Shown here in pieces: positions 45,695 to 54,896 of a stretch of DNA of 64,000 nt. Location of the stretch: IMG/VR virus record IMGVR_UViG_3300043395_002393, positions 459 to 64,458 of that record; one strand, 5' to 3'. Within the stretch, counting starts at the first letter, position 1, and the number at the start of each line of letters is the position of its first letter. The DNA is from a virus (lineage: Duplodnaviria > Caudoviricetes). Both the position numbers and the translations under genes were made by a program. The notes under the pieces are model-generated. The model ran no database searches and was not told where the DNA came from. It worked only from the letters and a program-made list of their open reading frames with translations.

Positions 45695-46224
45695 GGCTTG
45701 TCAGGGTATTCGAGTTCGATCATCAGGCGGATCTCGTGGATCGCCTTCTCCAAGTCTTCCCTGCCGTTCTTGCGCCGATGACGGCAGATGCGTTTCACGA
45801 CGCAGCCTTCGAGGAACGTGAGGTTGTTGGCGGTGATGAACTCGACCGGCTGGATCTTGCAGTCCTTGTAGTGGGCACCACCGACCTGCTCGTCGAGGGC
45901 GGCTTTCGGAGCGAGGTCGATCAGCTCTTGGATATCGGGGTCCATAGGGCTCCACGCTACTTGGTCTCCGAGAGGGGCGGCCTCGACCATTTCCGGTTCG
46001 CGGGCAAACTGGATCGGCTTGTCGGTTTCCCACCATTCGCTCGGCTCGCCGAGATACTCGGCTCTGGTCCTGTATGCCGCGTTGTCCCACGCAGCCGAGG
46101 CACTTCGACCCTCACCAAGGGTGACGTTTTTGTCGTCGTCGAGGAACACGAACCAACTTCCGCACCCGGAGACGCAGATGGCGGACGGGTATCGTTCGAG
46201 AACTTGTTGCTTAGGTGTCTTCAT
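45691..46224 (-). CDS. DUF3310 (SaV-like) domain protein
   Basis: QVGGAHYK..IQPVEFI..FLEGCVVKRICR..KNGREDLEKA; start MKTPK. Confidence 0.8.
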   Translation of the reverse strand: MKTPKQQVLERYPSAICVSGCGSWFVFLDDDKNVTLGEGRSASAAWDNAAYRTRAEYLGEPSEWWETDKPIQFAREPEMVEAAPLGDQVAWSPMDPDIQELIDLAPKAALDEQVGGAHYKDCKIQPVEFITANNLTFLEGCVVKRICRHRRKNGREDLEKAIHEIRLMIELEYPDKP

Positions 46225-46420
46225 CTTCGTTTTCAGGTTGAGGTGCAAAGTCGCCGTCCGCGTCGAGGTGAGGCGGGGGCCAGCCATGGTGCTTGATGTT
46301 GCGGCTGCGGAGCCAGTATTTCCAGCAGTAGCGGATCGCGTCGAACGGGAGGGAGAGCAAGACCCACGTCCCGACGAAGGACCAGAAGCCGGACAGGGCG
46401 ATTTCGAGGAGGTCTTTCAT
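46211..46420 (-). CDS. Small membrane protein, 69 aa
   Basis: SGFWSFVGTWVLL hydrophobic segment; HGWPPPHLDADGDF. Confidence 0.65.
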   Translation of the reverse strand: MKDLLEIALSGFWSFVGTWVLLSLPFDAIRYCWKYWLRSRNIKHHGWPPPHLDADGDFAPQPENEDEDT

Positions 46421-46659
46421 TCAAGATCAACTTCGTGCTGAAGATCGCAGTAATTCATGCTACGGGAGCAGACTCGCGCCATGCACCGAAGGGCGACCCG
46501 GAGCCCGCGAGCCTCGGCTCTGTGCATCGCGGCTTTGGAGTAGTCCCCCTTCTCAACGGCGACCTGCATGTCCCGTTCCTCCTGCGTAATGAATTTAACG
46601 GTCTCCGCCTTAAACTTTTGCAAAAGGTCTCGCAGGTAGGGTGTGGCTTCGCTGTTCAT
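46417..46659 (-). CDS. Hypothetical protein, 80 aa (MNSEATPY...)
   Basis: ATGA overlaps on both sides. Confidence 0.6.
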   Translation of the reverse strand: MNSEATPYLRDLLQKFKAETVKFITQEERDMQVAVEKGDYSKAAMHRAEARGLRVALRCMARVCSRSMNYCDLQHEVDLE

Positions 46660-47243
46660 GGCTTCTCCTTGGTTGCGCCGTAGCCCGCTGAGAGCATGTC
46701 GGCTTGGTGGAGGATCAGCGCCTCGATGGTGCGCGGAGCCTCGGGCGAGCCCCACTCCTTGACGGGTCCGTGGTGGGCCAAGATGCAGTGGATGACGGCG
46801 TCTCGGGTGGCCCGATCGACGCTGTACGTCACTGCGGCTTGGTGGAACTGGATCGCCGAGGAGAGGATGTGTGACATCGCGTTGGAGTCGCGGACCCATG
46901 CTTCGTCGCCGATCGGGAGGTGACGGGTGCGCGAGTCCATGGCTGCGTAGAGTGGCACCTTCTTGTATTCGAGAATCTTCCCGTAGTCGTGCCACAGCGC
47001 GGCGGCGATGAGCACGTCGCGGTTCACCTGTGGGAACTGGTCCGCGGTGTGCAGAGCAGTGAGCGCCACGTCGAGCGTGTGCTCCACAAGCCCACCTTCG
47101 TAGGCATGGTGCATGGAGATAGCGGCGGGCCAGCCCCAGAACAATGTGTCTCCGAGCAGTTTTTCGCAGGTGATACGGAGGGATTCGTCGTCGATGAGCA
47201 GCAGGATCTCTTTGAAGAGATCGAATCGGTTGGTGTGAGTCAT
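46656..47243 (-). CDS. HD-domain phosphohydrolase (YhaM/Cbf-like)
   Basis: PAA..HHAYEGGLVEHT, LWHDYGK, HCILAHHG..WGSP, LHQADM. Confidence 0.88.
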   Translation of the reverse strand: MTHTNRFDLFKEILLLIDDESLRITCEKLLGDTLFWGWPAAISMHHAYEGGLVEHTLDVALTALHTADQFPQVNRDVLIAAALWHDYGKILEYKKVPLYAAMDSRTRHLPIGDEAWVRDSNAMSHILSSAIQFHQAAVTYSVDRATRDAVIHCILAHHGPVKEWGSPEAPRTIEALILHQADMLSAGYGATKEKP

Positions 47244-47277
47244 GGTGATTCTTCGATTAGCGGAATTACGGAACGAG

Positions 47278-48729
47278 TCAAGCGGCGATTTTCTGAAGTG
47301 CCCGAAGCGCGTTGAGAAGACCGGTCTGGGTGTCGCTCTTGTCGCGCAGTGCCGCGGCCACGGCGTCGTCGATCGAGCCTGGTACGATGATCCGGTAGAT
47401 CAGCGTCTCGTAGCTCTGACCGGTGCGGACGATGCGGGCGTTGGTCTGGATGTAGGTCTCGTTGGAGTAGGTGAGGGTCATCCACACCGCGATGCGGCAG
47501 GACTGCTGGAGTCCATCGAGCCCGTGCGAGAGCGACCGCGCATCGCAGACCCAAGTGTGGATCTCGCCGCGCTGCCAAGCAGGCAGGTCCTTCTCGTCGA
47601 ACACCCGCGATCCGGGGATCGCTTCCAGCACTCGGGCCGACTCGTGCTTGTAGGCGCAGAGCACGAGGATCGGTTCTTTGCCGTGCTTCTTGCGCAGCTT
47701 CTTGAGCGCCTCGATCTTCGCGTCGTGGACATGGTAGACGCCCTTGAACTCGTCGTAGACCGCGCCGCCGGTGATCTGGAGCAGCTTGCCGGCCAGCGTC
47801 GCGGCGTTGAGCGCCACCACGTCGGACTTCTCCAGCTCGATGAGCAGCTCCTTCTCCATCTTCTTGTACTGCGCGACGGCGGCCGACGGGAGCTTCACCT
47901 CCACGTCGATACTCTCGCAGGTCGGCACGTCGAGCCAGTCGTCACCGAGCATGGTCAGCGCGAGGTCCGCGAGCTTCGCGTCGATCTTCTCCTTCGCCCC
48001 AGGGCGCAGACCGAACTGGTAGCCCATGTAATCGGTCTGCTGGAAGTAGGTCCGCTTGTAGTGGTGGAAGCTGCGGCCGAGGCGTTCGCCGTCATCGAGC
48101 AGGCGGATCTGACCCCACAGGTCGAGGTAGCTGTTCGGCACCGGGGTTCCGGTGAGGCCGATGCGGTATTGGAACCGGTCGAGCCAGGGCCATAGCGAGC
48201 GGAACCTCTTCGAGTTGGCGTCCTTGGCGAGGCTGAGTTCGTCGATCACCAGCGTGTCAACGTGCGAGCTGCGGGTGCCCTTGAACATCTTGTCCACGGC
48301 ACCGGTCGAGACGCTCGGGACATAGCCTCCGTCGCACTCCTCGCAGTCGAGGCACTCGATCGGGTCGTTCTTGCAGACGCGGCACTTGATCCGGCGGGCG
48401 ATGGTCGGGAGCTGCTCGGGGTTGATGAGGGCCACGTCGAAGTCGCCGCGCTTCCACAGCTTCCAGCCTTCCGCCGTGCGGAGGTGGGCGATCTTCATCC
48501 ACTTCGACAGGTTCCATCGGGCGATCTGGGTGGGCCAAGTGATGGTGGTCACCCGGAGCGGAGAGATGATGAGCGCGGCGCGGGACTCGCCGGACGCGAT
48601 GCGCTCGGCAATGGTGTCGAGGGTCACCACGGTCTTGCCGAGCCCTGGACTGCAAAAAAGGGCCGAGCGGTCCCGGCTTTTCAGCCAGTCGAGCATCGGC
48701 GGTTGGTGCGGCAGCGGGGTGAAGTTCAC
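47278..48729 (-). CDS. SNF2-family helicase with Cys-rich insertion
   Basis: PGLGKT, VIDELS, LTGTP, HGLDGLQ, QTNARIVRTGQ; GTG start inferred from the GTGA overlap. Confidence 0.9.
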   Translation of the reverse strand: MNFTPLPHQPPMLDWLKSRDRSALFCSPGLGKTVVTLDTIAERIASGESRAALIISPLRVTTITWPTQIARWNLSKWMKIAHLRTAEGWKLWKRGDFDVALINPEQLPTIARRIKCRVCKNDPIECLDCEECDGGYVPSVSTGAVDKMFKGTRSSHVDTLVIDELSLAKDANSKRFRSLWPWLDRFQYRIGLTGTPVPNSYLDLWGQIRLLDDGERLGRSFHHYKRTYFQQTDYMGYQFGLRPGAKEKIDAKLADLALTMLGDDWLDVPTCESIDVEVKLPSAAVAQYKKMEKELLIELEKSDVVALNAATLAGKLLQITGGAVYDEFKGVYHVHDAKIEALKKLRKKHGKEPILVLCAYKHESARVLEAIPGSRVFDEKDLPAWQRGEIHTWVCDARSLSHGLDGLQQSCRIAVWMTLTYSNETYIQTNARIVRTGQSYETLIYRIIVPGSIDDAVAAALRDKSDTQTGLLNALRALQKIAA

Positions 48730-49004
48730 GGGATCAGTTGGTTGAGAATCCACTGGGACGCTTGCTTCGGCGAGTCGGTCCAGTCGGCGAACATGCCCTT
48801 CTCGCGGAGCTTTTTGATGTTGCGGAGCTGGAGTTCGGTCGGTTTTTCACCAGTTGCCTTCAGCTCGATGAAGATCGCCTTGCCGTCCTTGAAGAACAGG
48901 CGATCCGGTTTGCCCCGGTCGTTGGGACCTGCTAGCTTGTAGGTGCCGACGCCGACGCCGGCGGCGAACAGGCACACGGCGGCTTCAACGTCGCGCTCTT
49001 TCAT
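48726..49004 (-). CDS. VRR-NUC domain nuclease
   Basis: MKERDVE..GKPDRLF..FIELKATGEKPTELQ. Confidence 0.88.
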   Translation of the reverse strand: MKERDVEAAVCLFAAGVGVGTYKLAGPNDRGKPDRLFFKDGKAIFIELKATGEKPTELQLRNIKKLREKGMFADWTDSPKQASQWILNQLIP

Positions 49005-49267
49005 TTCCGCGACTTGAGATACTTCACGATGCGGGCTTCCAGCTCGGAGCTTTCGAGCTGCCGGAGGCGACGGAGGAGCACTTGCAGCACGCCCCGGCGA
49101 AGCGGGCCGCGGCAGTCGTCCAGCTCGATCAGGATCGCCTTGCGGACCTCCGTGATCGACGGATTGGTGCGAAGCCACTGGAGGGCGAACTTGGTGTTGC
49201 TGATCTCCGGCGCGATGCGCTGGCGATCCTTGTCGGTGACGATGGGGTCGGAATTGAACAGGTTCAT
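49001..49267 (-). CDS. Hypothetical protein, 88 aa
   Basis: Coupled ORF. Confidence 0.65.
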   Translation of the reverse strand: MNLFNSDPIVTDKDRQRIAPEISNTKFALQWLRTNPSITEVRKAILIELDDCRGPLRRGVLQVLLRRLRQLESSELEARIVKYLKSRK

Positions 49268-49273
49268 GGTGTT

Positions 49274-51940
49274 TTAGTCTTTCTGGTAGCTGTCGGCCAT
49301 CGAGCCATCGGCATCGAGCGGGAAGTCGGGGAACCACGCCGGCCGGGTGCAAAGGGCTTCGATGAAATCTTCGAGGGTGCGACCTTCGGCATGGTGGCCG
49401 AGAGCTTGGTCGTGGACGACGAAGAAGGGCTCGTGGCCGCGGCGTTCGGCCTCGACGCAGCCGTGGAGCAGGAAGTCCATCCCGGTGCCCTGGGTGGCGC
49501 TTTGCAGCAGGTCGCCGCCGTAGGTCTTCACAGTGCCCCAGTGCGCGTCCTTGACGTGCCCCCAGAACTCAAGCTCGTGGGTGTGGAAGTGCCCGGTGAC
49601 GCTCTGCCAGCCGCGGGCTGCCTTGTGCATCATGCAGACGGCGGGCTCCAAGTGACCGGGCAGCCGGAGCCACTCGGACTTCTGAACCTCTTCGATGACC
49701 TCGTAGGCTTTGGTTTGGTCGCCCTCTTTCTTGACTTCAACCCGCACGGTGCGGGCGAAGCGGACCATCGTGATCGGTTGCGCCTTCGGGTAGGGGTAGA
49801 CGATGTCGCGGCCGGCGGGGAGGCGCATCAGCATCCGCGGGAACGGGTCCTTGGTCGAGTAGGCGAACTTGACCTTCTCGGTAGCTTGGTGCCAGCGGCC
49901 GGGCTCACGCAGTGCCTTGATCCAGGTGTTCTGGAACGTGTCCCATGCTTCGACGACCTCGGGGTTCTCCTTGCGATAGACCGCGACGGCTTTGCGGGCG
50001 TCGGCTTCGGTGATCTTGTCGCCGAGCGGCACCTTGACCGCCCGCCAGCCACCCTGGAACTGACAGTTGCTCACGAGCTTTCCAGACACGGTGAATCGGT
50101 GCCGTGGCCCGGCATTCAGGATGTCATACACCGTGGCCACACTCGTGTGAATTGCCCCTTGGAATTTGAGCCCTTTGAATTTCATCCTGCGGGTGTCACT
50201 TGCGGAAATTGGGCGGGCTGCGTGCCCGCTACGGACCAACGGAAGTTTCTTCTCCATGGCAGCTTGGTGAGACATTTTGACGATGGTGGAATCGCCCAAA
50301 ACATTCACGACGTAGACCTCATGATCTGGAGTTGCCTTGAGACCATCATACAAAAGGACCTCCCTAACTCCTTTGCACACGACGCCCTCATGACGAACCC
50401 ACTCCACTCCGTCCCATACGCGCATGTCGGTGGTGACTGACTCGATAGGGACAAGACCTTGGTCGGTGAGAACCAATTCGCCCTCCGCGATGCACAGGAG
50501 CGAGATGACCTTCCCCATGTCACGATCGACGCCGAGGGCGTTGGCCACGTCCATGTAGATGTCCTCACCGCGGCGGAACTTGTCGAGGATGCGCTCGCAG
50601 CCGATGAGGGCGGGGAGGATGCGGGCCTCCACCTGGGCGAAGTCCACGTCGTAGATCTTCTGGCCGGGGATGCGGACGAAGTACCGGGAGAGCGAGGCGT
50701 AAATCTCGTAGGGGTTGCCGAACAGGATGGCCACCAGCTCGTTGTCGAGCTTGCCGGCGGCGAGCAGCGAGTAGATGTAGGGCACCAGCTTTTTGATCTT
50801 CTTGCCCGGCTTCTTCATGTTCTGGAACTGCGGACCTTGGCTCGTCCAGCGGCCGGTCTTCTGCGCTCCGTAGAAGGTGAACGCACCGCGGATACGGTTG
50901 TCCGGGCACACCCATTGCATCATGGCAGGGACCTTCTTGACCGCGGCGAAGGACAAGGAGACCCGGATGTCGAGCGCCTCGCGGCCTTCGGCGTCGAGCT
51001 GGTCGTAGTGCTTTTTGCGAACGTCCGCGACGGTCGCCGCATTGAGGCTGTCGCCGGCGTAGCCGTGGCTCTTGAGCCACTTCAAGGCCGCCGCGGTCTG
51101 GCTGGGGTTCAGCCCCGTGAGTTCCCGGAAGCGGTCGGACAGCTCTGCCTCGTAACTCACGATGAGGTCCTGCACCTTTCGCAATGTCGGCAGATCAACG
51201 GGGACTCCGCGGTCATTCATCCGCAGGTCGAACTGGAAGCCGGCGAGGACCTCGGGCGAAGGCTCGAACGCCGCGAGCTTGCGGGCGACCTCGCGCTCAA
51301 CGACAACGTCCTGGCGGCAGTAGGCGATGAAGTGCTCCCACGCTTCGCGGACGGTCATGCGGCCACCGGCGATGGAGAAAGTCCAGTCCCAGGGGATCTC
51401 GTCTTCGAGGATCGGGCTGGCGCTGGTCCGCTTGAGCTTCTTCCACTCCTTGTCGGTGAGGTCGCCTTTCGGCGGCAGGAGATCGACCTTCTTGTTCTGG
51501 TCGGAGAAGACGCCGATCAGAGCCTTGCCGATCGGGTTCTTCTGGTCGCCCAGCTTGAGGAACTCCGCGGCCTTGGCGAGCGACGGCGGGGCGCCGCTGC
51601 GGCGGCAGAGGAACTGGGTGCATCGCCACTGCTCCAGCGCCGGCGGCTTGATGCCGAGCTGGCGCTCCAGCACGTATTTGCAGATCGCGGCCTCGAAGCC
51701 GACGTTGAAGGCTCGGATCGGTGCGCCCTCCTTGACGGCCACCGACAGCATGAATTTGGCGTAGATGGAATCCTCGGAGTCCGGCGCGTCGATGCGCCAC
51801 ACGACCGGCGGCTTGTCATCCTCCGCGATGGCGAACAGTAGGATGCGCGTGCTTGGGCAACTCGCGTAGCGGTAGGCCCCCCGGGCGATGTCGCAGGCGG
51901 AAGTCGTTTCGAAGTCGAGGCTGAAGGTGGGCGCGGACAT
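49274..51940 (-). CDS. Family A DNA polymerase (phage type) containing a mini-intein
   Basis: Exonuclease LDFET, AFNVGFE, YCRQDV; polymerase TGRW, DFAQVEAR, RDMGK, VHDQ. Confidence 0.92.
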   Translation of the reverse strand: MSAPTFSLDFETTSACDIARGAYRYASCPSTRILLFAIAEDDKPPVVWRIDAPDSEDSIYAKFMLSVAVKEGAPIRAFNVGFEAAICKYVLERQLGIKPPALEQWRCTQFLCRRSGAPPSLAKAAEFLKLGDQKNPIGKALIGVFSDQNKKVDLLPPKGDLTDKEWKKLKRTSASPILEDEIPWDWTFSIAGGRMTVREAWEHFIAYCRQDVVVEREVARKLAAFEPSPEVLAGFQFDLRMNDRGVPVDLPTLRKVQDLIVSYEAELSDRFRELTGLNPSQTAAALKWLKSHGYAGDSLNAATVADVRKKHYDQLDAEGREALDIRVSLSFAAVKKVPAMMQWVCPDNRIRGAFTFYGAQKTGRWTSQGPQFQNMKKPGKKIKKLVPYIYSLLAAGKLDNELVAILFGNPYEIYASLSRYFVRIPGQKIYDVDFAQVEARILPALIGCERILDKFRRGEDIYMDVANALGVDRDMGKVISLLCIAEGELVLTDQGLVPIESVTTDMRVWDGVEWVRHEGVVCKGVREVLLYDGLKATPDHEVYVVNVLGDSTIVKMSHQAAMEKKLPLVRSGHAARPISASDTRRMKFKGLKFQGAIHTSVATVYDILNAGPRHRFTVSGKLVSNCQFQGGWRAVKVPLGDKITEADARKAVAVYRKENPEVVEAWDTFQNTWIKALREPGRWHQATEKVKFAYSTKDPFPRMLMRLPAGRDIVYPYPKAQPITMVRFARTVRVEVKKEGDQTKAYEVIEEVQKSEWLRLPGHLEPAVCMMHKAARGWQSVTGHFHTHELEFWGHVKDAHWGTVKTYGGDLLQSATQGTGMDFLLHGCVEAERRGHEPFFVVHDQALGHHAEGRTLEDFIEALCTRPAWFPDFPLDADGSMADSYQKD
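50066..50494 (-). mobile_element. Mini-intein (143 aa) in PolA motif B
   Basis: L|CIAEGELVLT...ATPDHEV...VYDILNAGPRHRFTV..LVSN|C; no endonuclease; lower GC than the extein. Confidence 0.92.
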
Positions 51941-51950
51941 CTGGTGCCCG

Positions 51951-51985
51951 AAAAGCCCCGCCCCGGCGAACCAGGGCGAGGCGGG
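51951..51985 (-). terminator. Putative terminator between SSB and polymerase
   Basis: GC-rich imperfect hairpin followed by TTTT on the minus strand. Confidence 0.45.
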
Positions 51986-52006
51986 TCGAATCAGATCGCA
52001 GGGCGA

Positions 52007-52570
52007 TCAGACATCGTCCTCGTCGATCTCCTCGTCGGAGTCGGGCATGTCGTCCACGGTCGGCGTGCTGGAGCCGAACGGCTCGCCGTGCTTCGAGAAC
52101 TTCACGACCTGAAGCTCGGCGCAGATGCGCTTGCCGTGGGTCGGGTCGTGTCCCTTGTCGTTCTTCCCGTTCATCGAGAAGAAGTTGACCTTGGCGTGGA
52201 CGAAGCAACCCGCGTAGGGGTAGCCGTCCTCGTCGGGACTGACCTGCTCGTTCTTCGAATTGACCACCGCAGGGCGGCGACGCTTCTCGGCGCGGTTGGC
52301 CGAGACGACCATCGCGTTCTCGTAGCCGTCGTAGTCCTTCTCGGCACCGTCGCGCAGAGCGAGGCGGTCGCCGGTGGGGAGCTTGCCGCCGAACTCAGCG
52401 TCGGCGATCTCCTTGAGGATCGCCTCGATCTCCTTGATCTGCTTCTTGTCCGAGTCCTTGTCGAGGAGGAAGGCGGCGCCGTAGCGCGGCGCACCACCAT
52501 TGACGGACTTGGCTTCGTGCAGGTTCGGGAAGGACAGGCGGACGTTCTTGAGGATGTATTCTTTGTTCAC
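52007..52570 (-). CDS. Phage ssDNA-binding protein (DUF2815/Enc34-like)
   Basis: NVRLSFPNL, LRDG, YAGC, LQVVKF..GEPFG, acidic tail. Confidence 0.85.
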   Translation of the reverse strand: MNKEYILKNVRLSFPNLHEAKSVNGGAPRYGAAFLLDKDSDKKQIKEIEAILKEIADAEFGGKLPTGDRLALRDGAEKDYDGYENAMVVSANRAEKRRRPAVVNSKNEQVSPDEDGYPYAGCFVHAKVNFFSMNGKNDKGHDPTHGKRICAELQVVKFSKHGEPFGSSTPTVDDMPDSDEEIDEDDV

Positions 52571-52644
52571 GGTTCTATGGTTCTATTGGTCTAGTAGTTC
52601 AGGGCGATCCTGGCTCGCCGGGGCCGTCGGGGTGGTGAAAGGGT

Positions 52645-54039
52645 TCAGACCTCGTCCTCGCTGACGGGCATGTCTTGGACGGCCGCCGCCACAGCTTCGC
52701 GCTTGTCGCTCTCCAGGGCAAGCACCGGACGGGCCGGGTTGCGCTGGACCAGCGCCTCGAAGCAGTTGCGGAAGCGGGTGGAGGACTCGATCTTCTCCTT
52801 GAGGAGCGACTCGGCCTGCGTCGGCGAGATCAGCGCCATCTTGTAACGCTGCTCCATCTTGAGCTTGCCGGACTGCGCGAGCAGCTTGTCGGCGGCGTCC
52901 TCGTCGGACCAGGCGCGGTTGCCCTCGCGGCCGAGGACGAGCTTGAGACCGGGGATGTGGGCTCCGGCGACGACACGGGCTTCGAGGTGCTCGGCCACGT
53001 CGTCGAGGAAGGTCTTGATCCCCTCCGTCGCCTTGAACAGGCGCACCAGGTAGTCATCGGTCAGGACCCCGCCGGTGAAGTCGAGCTGACCGGACTCCGT
53101 GGCTGCGCGGGCCAGCATGGACTCGGCGCGGTCGAGGGGCTCCATCTTCTTCTCCTCCTTGGTGGCCTCGGGCATCCCGGCGATCAGCTCTTCGAACTCA
53201 AGCTGGGGCAGCTCCACGTCGGCGAGAGCCGCCTTGAGACGGGCCTCGCAGAAGCCCTTGGCCTTGCACCAGCGGCAGGCACCGCTGTCGCCGTCGGAGG
53301 GTGCGAAACGCAGCCCTGGGGCGGCTTCGAGGATCTCCGCGACGGCGATGTCGCGGGAGCCGCAGGGGAGCGCGTTCTGAACACGGCGCAGACCCTCAGA
53401 CGCTTGGATCGCGGCGTAGTCGATGTCCTTGCAGAAGTTCTCCAACTCGGCGAGGGTCAGCACCCAAGGCTTCTGCTCGGCACCTTCGCGGTGCCGGGGC
53501 TGGAACACGGCGATGTCGATCACGGTGTCGGGCTCGAAGTTCCAGAGCCCCGCGTCCATCATCTCGCGGAGGTAGGACAGCGCGTAGATGGCAAGCTGCT
53601 CGTTCTCGTGCGAGCGGACCAGGACGCCGGCGCCATACTTCAGGTCGCGGACGACGACCCGCTCGTCGCTGACGGAGATGAAGTCGCAGGTGCCGGTGGC
53701 GTCGGGCTGGTAGAAGAGCGGAACCTTGACCTCGATCTCGACCAGACCATCGCCGGCCGCGGCGCGGCAGTGCTCGATGTAGGCTCCGACGTGCTCGCGG
53801 AACTTCTCCGGGATCTCTTCAAGGGTGACCTTGCCGAGCAGGATGTTGGCGGCGTGGTCGTGGGCCTCGGTGCCCTCGTCGGAGTAGACCGAACGGTCGT
53901 CCTTCGGGATGCGGTGCCGGTTGGCCTCGATCAGGGCGATAGAGCCGGTGCATTGGGTCCACTGGTGGGACGCGGACGGGGCGAGGCGGGCGTGGGTGTT
54001 GTGCGAGCCGGACGCGCCGGCGGTGTTTTCGGTATTCAT
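52645..54039 (-). CDS. DUF2800 Cas4-like PD-(D/E)XK exonuclease
   Basis: HARLAPSAS..W..C, EGTEAH, GTCD, DLKYG, NEQL..YA, CRWCKAKGFC. An in-frame upstream extension to 54267 is possible. Confidence 0.85.
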   Translation of the reverse strand: MNTENTAGASGSHNTHARLAPSASHQWTQCTGSIALIEANRHRIPKDDRSVYSDEGTEAHDHAANILLGKVTLEEIPEKFREHVGAYIEHCRAAAGDGLVEIEVKVPLFYQPDATGTCDFISVSDERVVVRDLKYGAGVLVRSHENEQLAIYALSYLREMMDAGLWNFEPDTVIDIAVFQPRHREGAEQKPWVLTLAELENFCKDIDYAAIQASEGLRRVQNALPCGSRDIAVAEILEAAPGLRFAPSDGDSGACRWCKAKGFCEARLKAALADVELPQLEFEELIAGMPEATKEEKKMEPLDRAESMLARAATESGQLDFTGGVLTDDYLVRLFKATEGIKTFLDDVAEHLEARVVAGAHIPGLKLVLGREGNRAWSDEDAADKLLAQSGKLKMEQRYKMALISPTQAESLLKEKIESSTRFRNCFEALVQRNPARPVLALESDKREAVAAAVQDMPVSEDEV

Positions 54040-54389
54040 CAGTTTGTCAGTTTGGTTGATTTTGCGGATTCCGATGTCGATCCAGTGATGACCGTTGAAC
54101 TGCTGGATGATGACGACATCGTCGCAACCGCAGTGTTTGTGGTATGGGATCTCTCGGGTCATCTGCTTTCGTTTCGAAGGAGAGGAATGCCGGTCTTCCC
54201 CGGCTGCCATGTGGATCGTCGAAACGGATGCTCCTACCACACTCCAACCCCCGGTCAGGTCGCTCACCGTTCGGACTTTTACCGATTCCGCACGCGCTCG
54301 GCGGCGAGCATCATGCTCATCTTGGTGCCCTCACTGCGGAGGCTGGAGTGTGGTCGCAGACTTTTACCGGTCTGCGAGCGGCGGGTGAA

Positions 54390-54809
54390 TCACAGCTTGG
54401 CCAGCTCCGCCATGTAGGCGTCGATCTGGTCCTCGGCGAGGTCCTTGACGGTCTTGATGCCGAACTTCTCCCGAAGCTCCGCGAGCTTCGGCTTGTTGGC
54501 GTCGCGGTCCTTTCCGAGGAAAGCCATTGAGGCTTCGACAGCCTCCTTGAGGGTGTGCTTCGGCGAGGCCGCAGCGGTTTCGGACTCCGTGGTCTCGACC
54601 GGTTCCTCAGTCTTGGTGGTTTCGACAGGAGCTTCCGGCTCGACGACCTTGAGGTCGGCGGACTTCTTCTCCTTCGGAGCCTTGGCAGGCTTCGGGGTCT
54701 CGACCGGTTCGGCGGCGCTGGTGTTGCCGGACGAAGCGAGGATCTGATTCAGAACCGCGGTGTTCGCTTCGATGGCGGCGGTCAGCTTGGCAATGGCGTC
54801 TTCAATCAT
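54390..54809 (-). CDS. Conserved replication-module protein preceding DUF2800, 139 aa
   Basis: N-terminal helix, P/E/T linker, C-terminal KFGIKTVKDL. Confidence 0.75.
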   Translation of the reverse strand: MIEDAIAKLTAAIEANTAVLNQILASSGNTSAAEPVETPKPAKAPKEKKSADLKVVEPEAPVETTKTEEPVETTESETAAASPKHTLKEAVEASMAFLGKDRDANKPKLAELREKFGIKTVKDLAEDQIDAYMAELAKL

Positions 54810-54838
54810 AGGTTACGGTGTTGTTCGGTTTGCGGGTT

Positions 54839-54876
54839 CGCGATTCCTTAATTAGGCGAATCGCGGAAAAGGTCAA
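54839..54876 (-). promoter_or_regulatory. Promoter TTGACC-N16-TAATTA overlapped by operator-like IR CGCGATTC-N11-GAATCGCG
   Basis: Visible hexamers and 8-bp inverted repeat. Confidence 0.55.
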
Positions 54877-54896
54877 TGGGAAATTTTCGGAAAGTT

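Noticed and set aside
52645-54039. Cas4-like nuclease as part of a CRISPR system
   Set aside because: Standard DUF2800-SSB-PolA phage replication context; no array or other cas genes.
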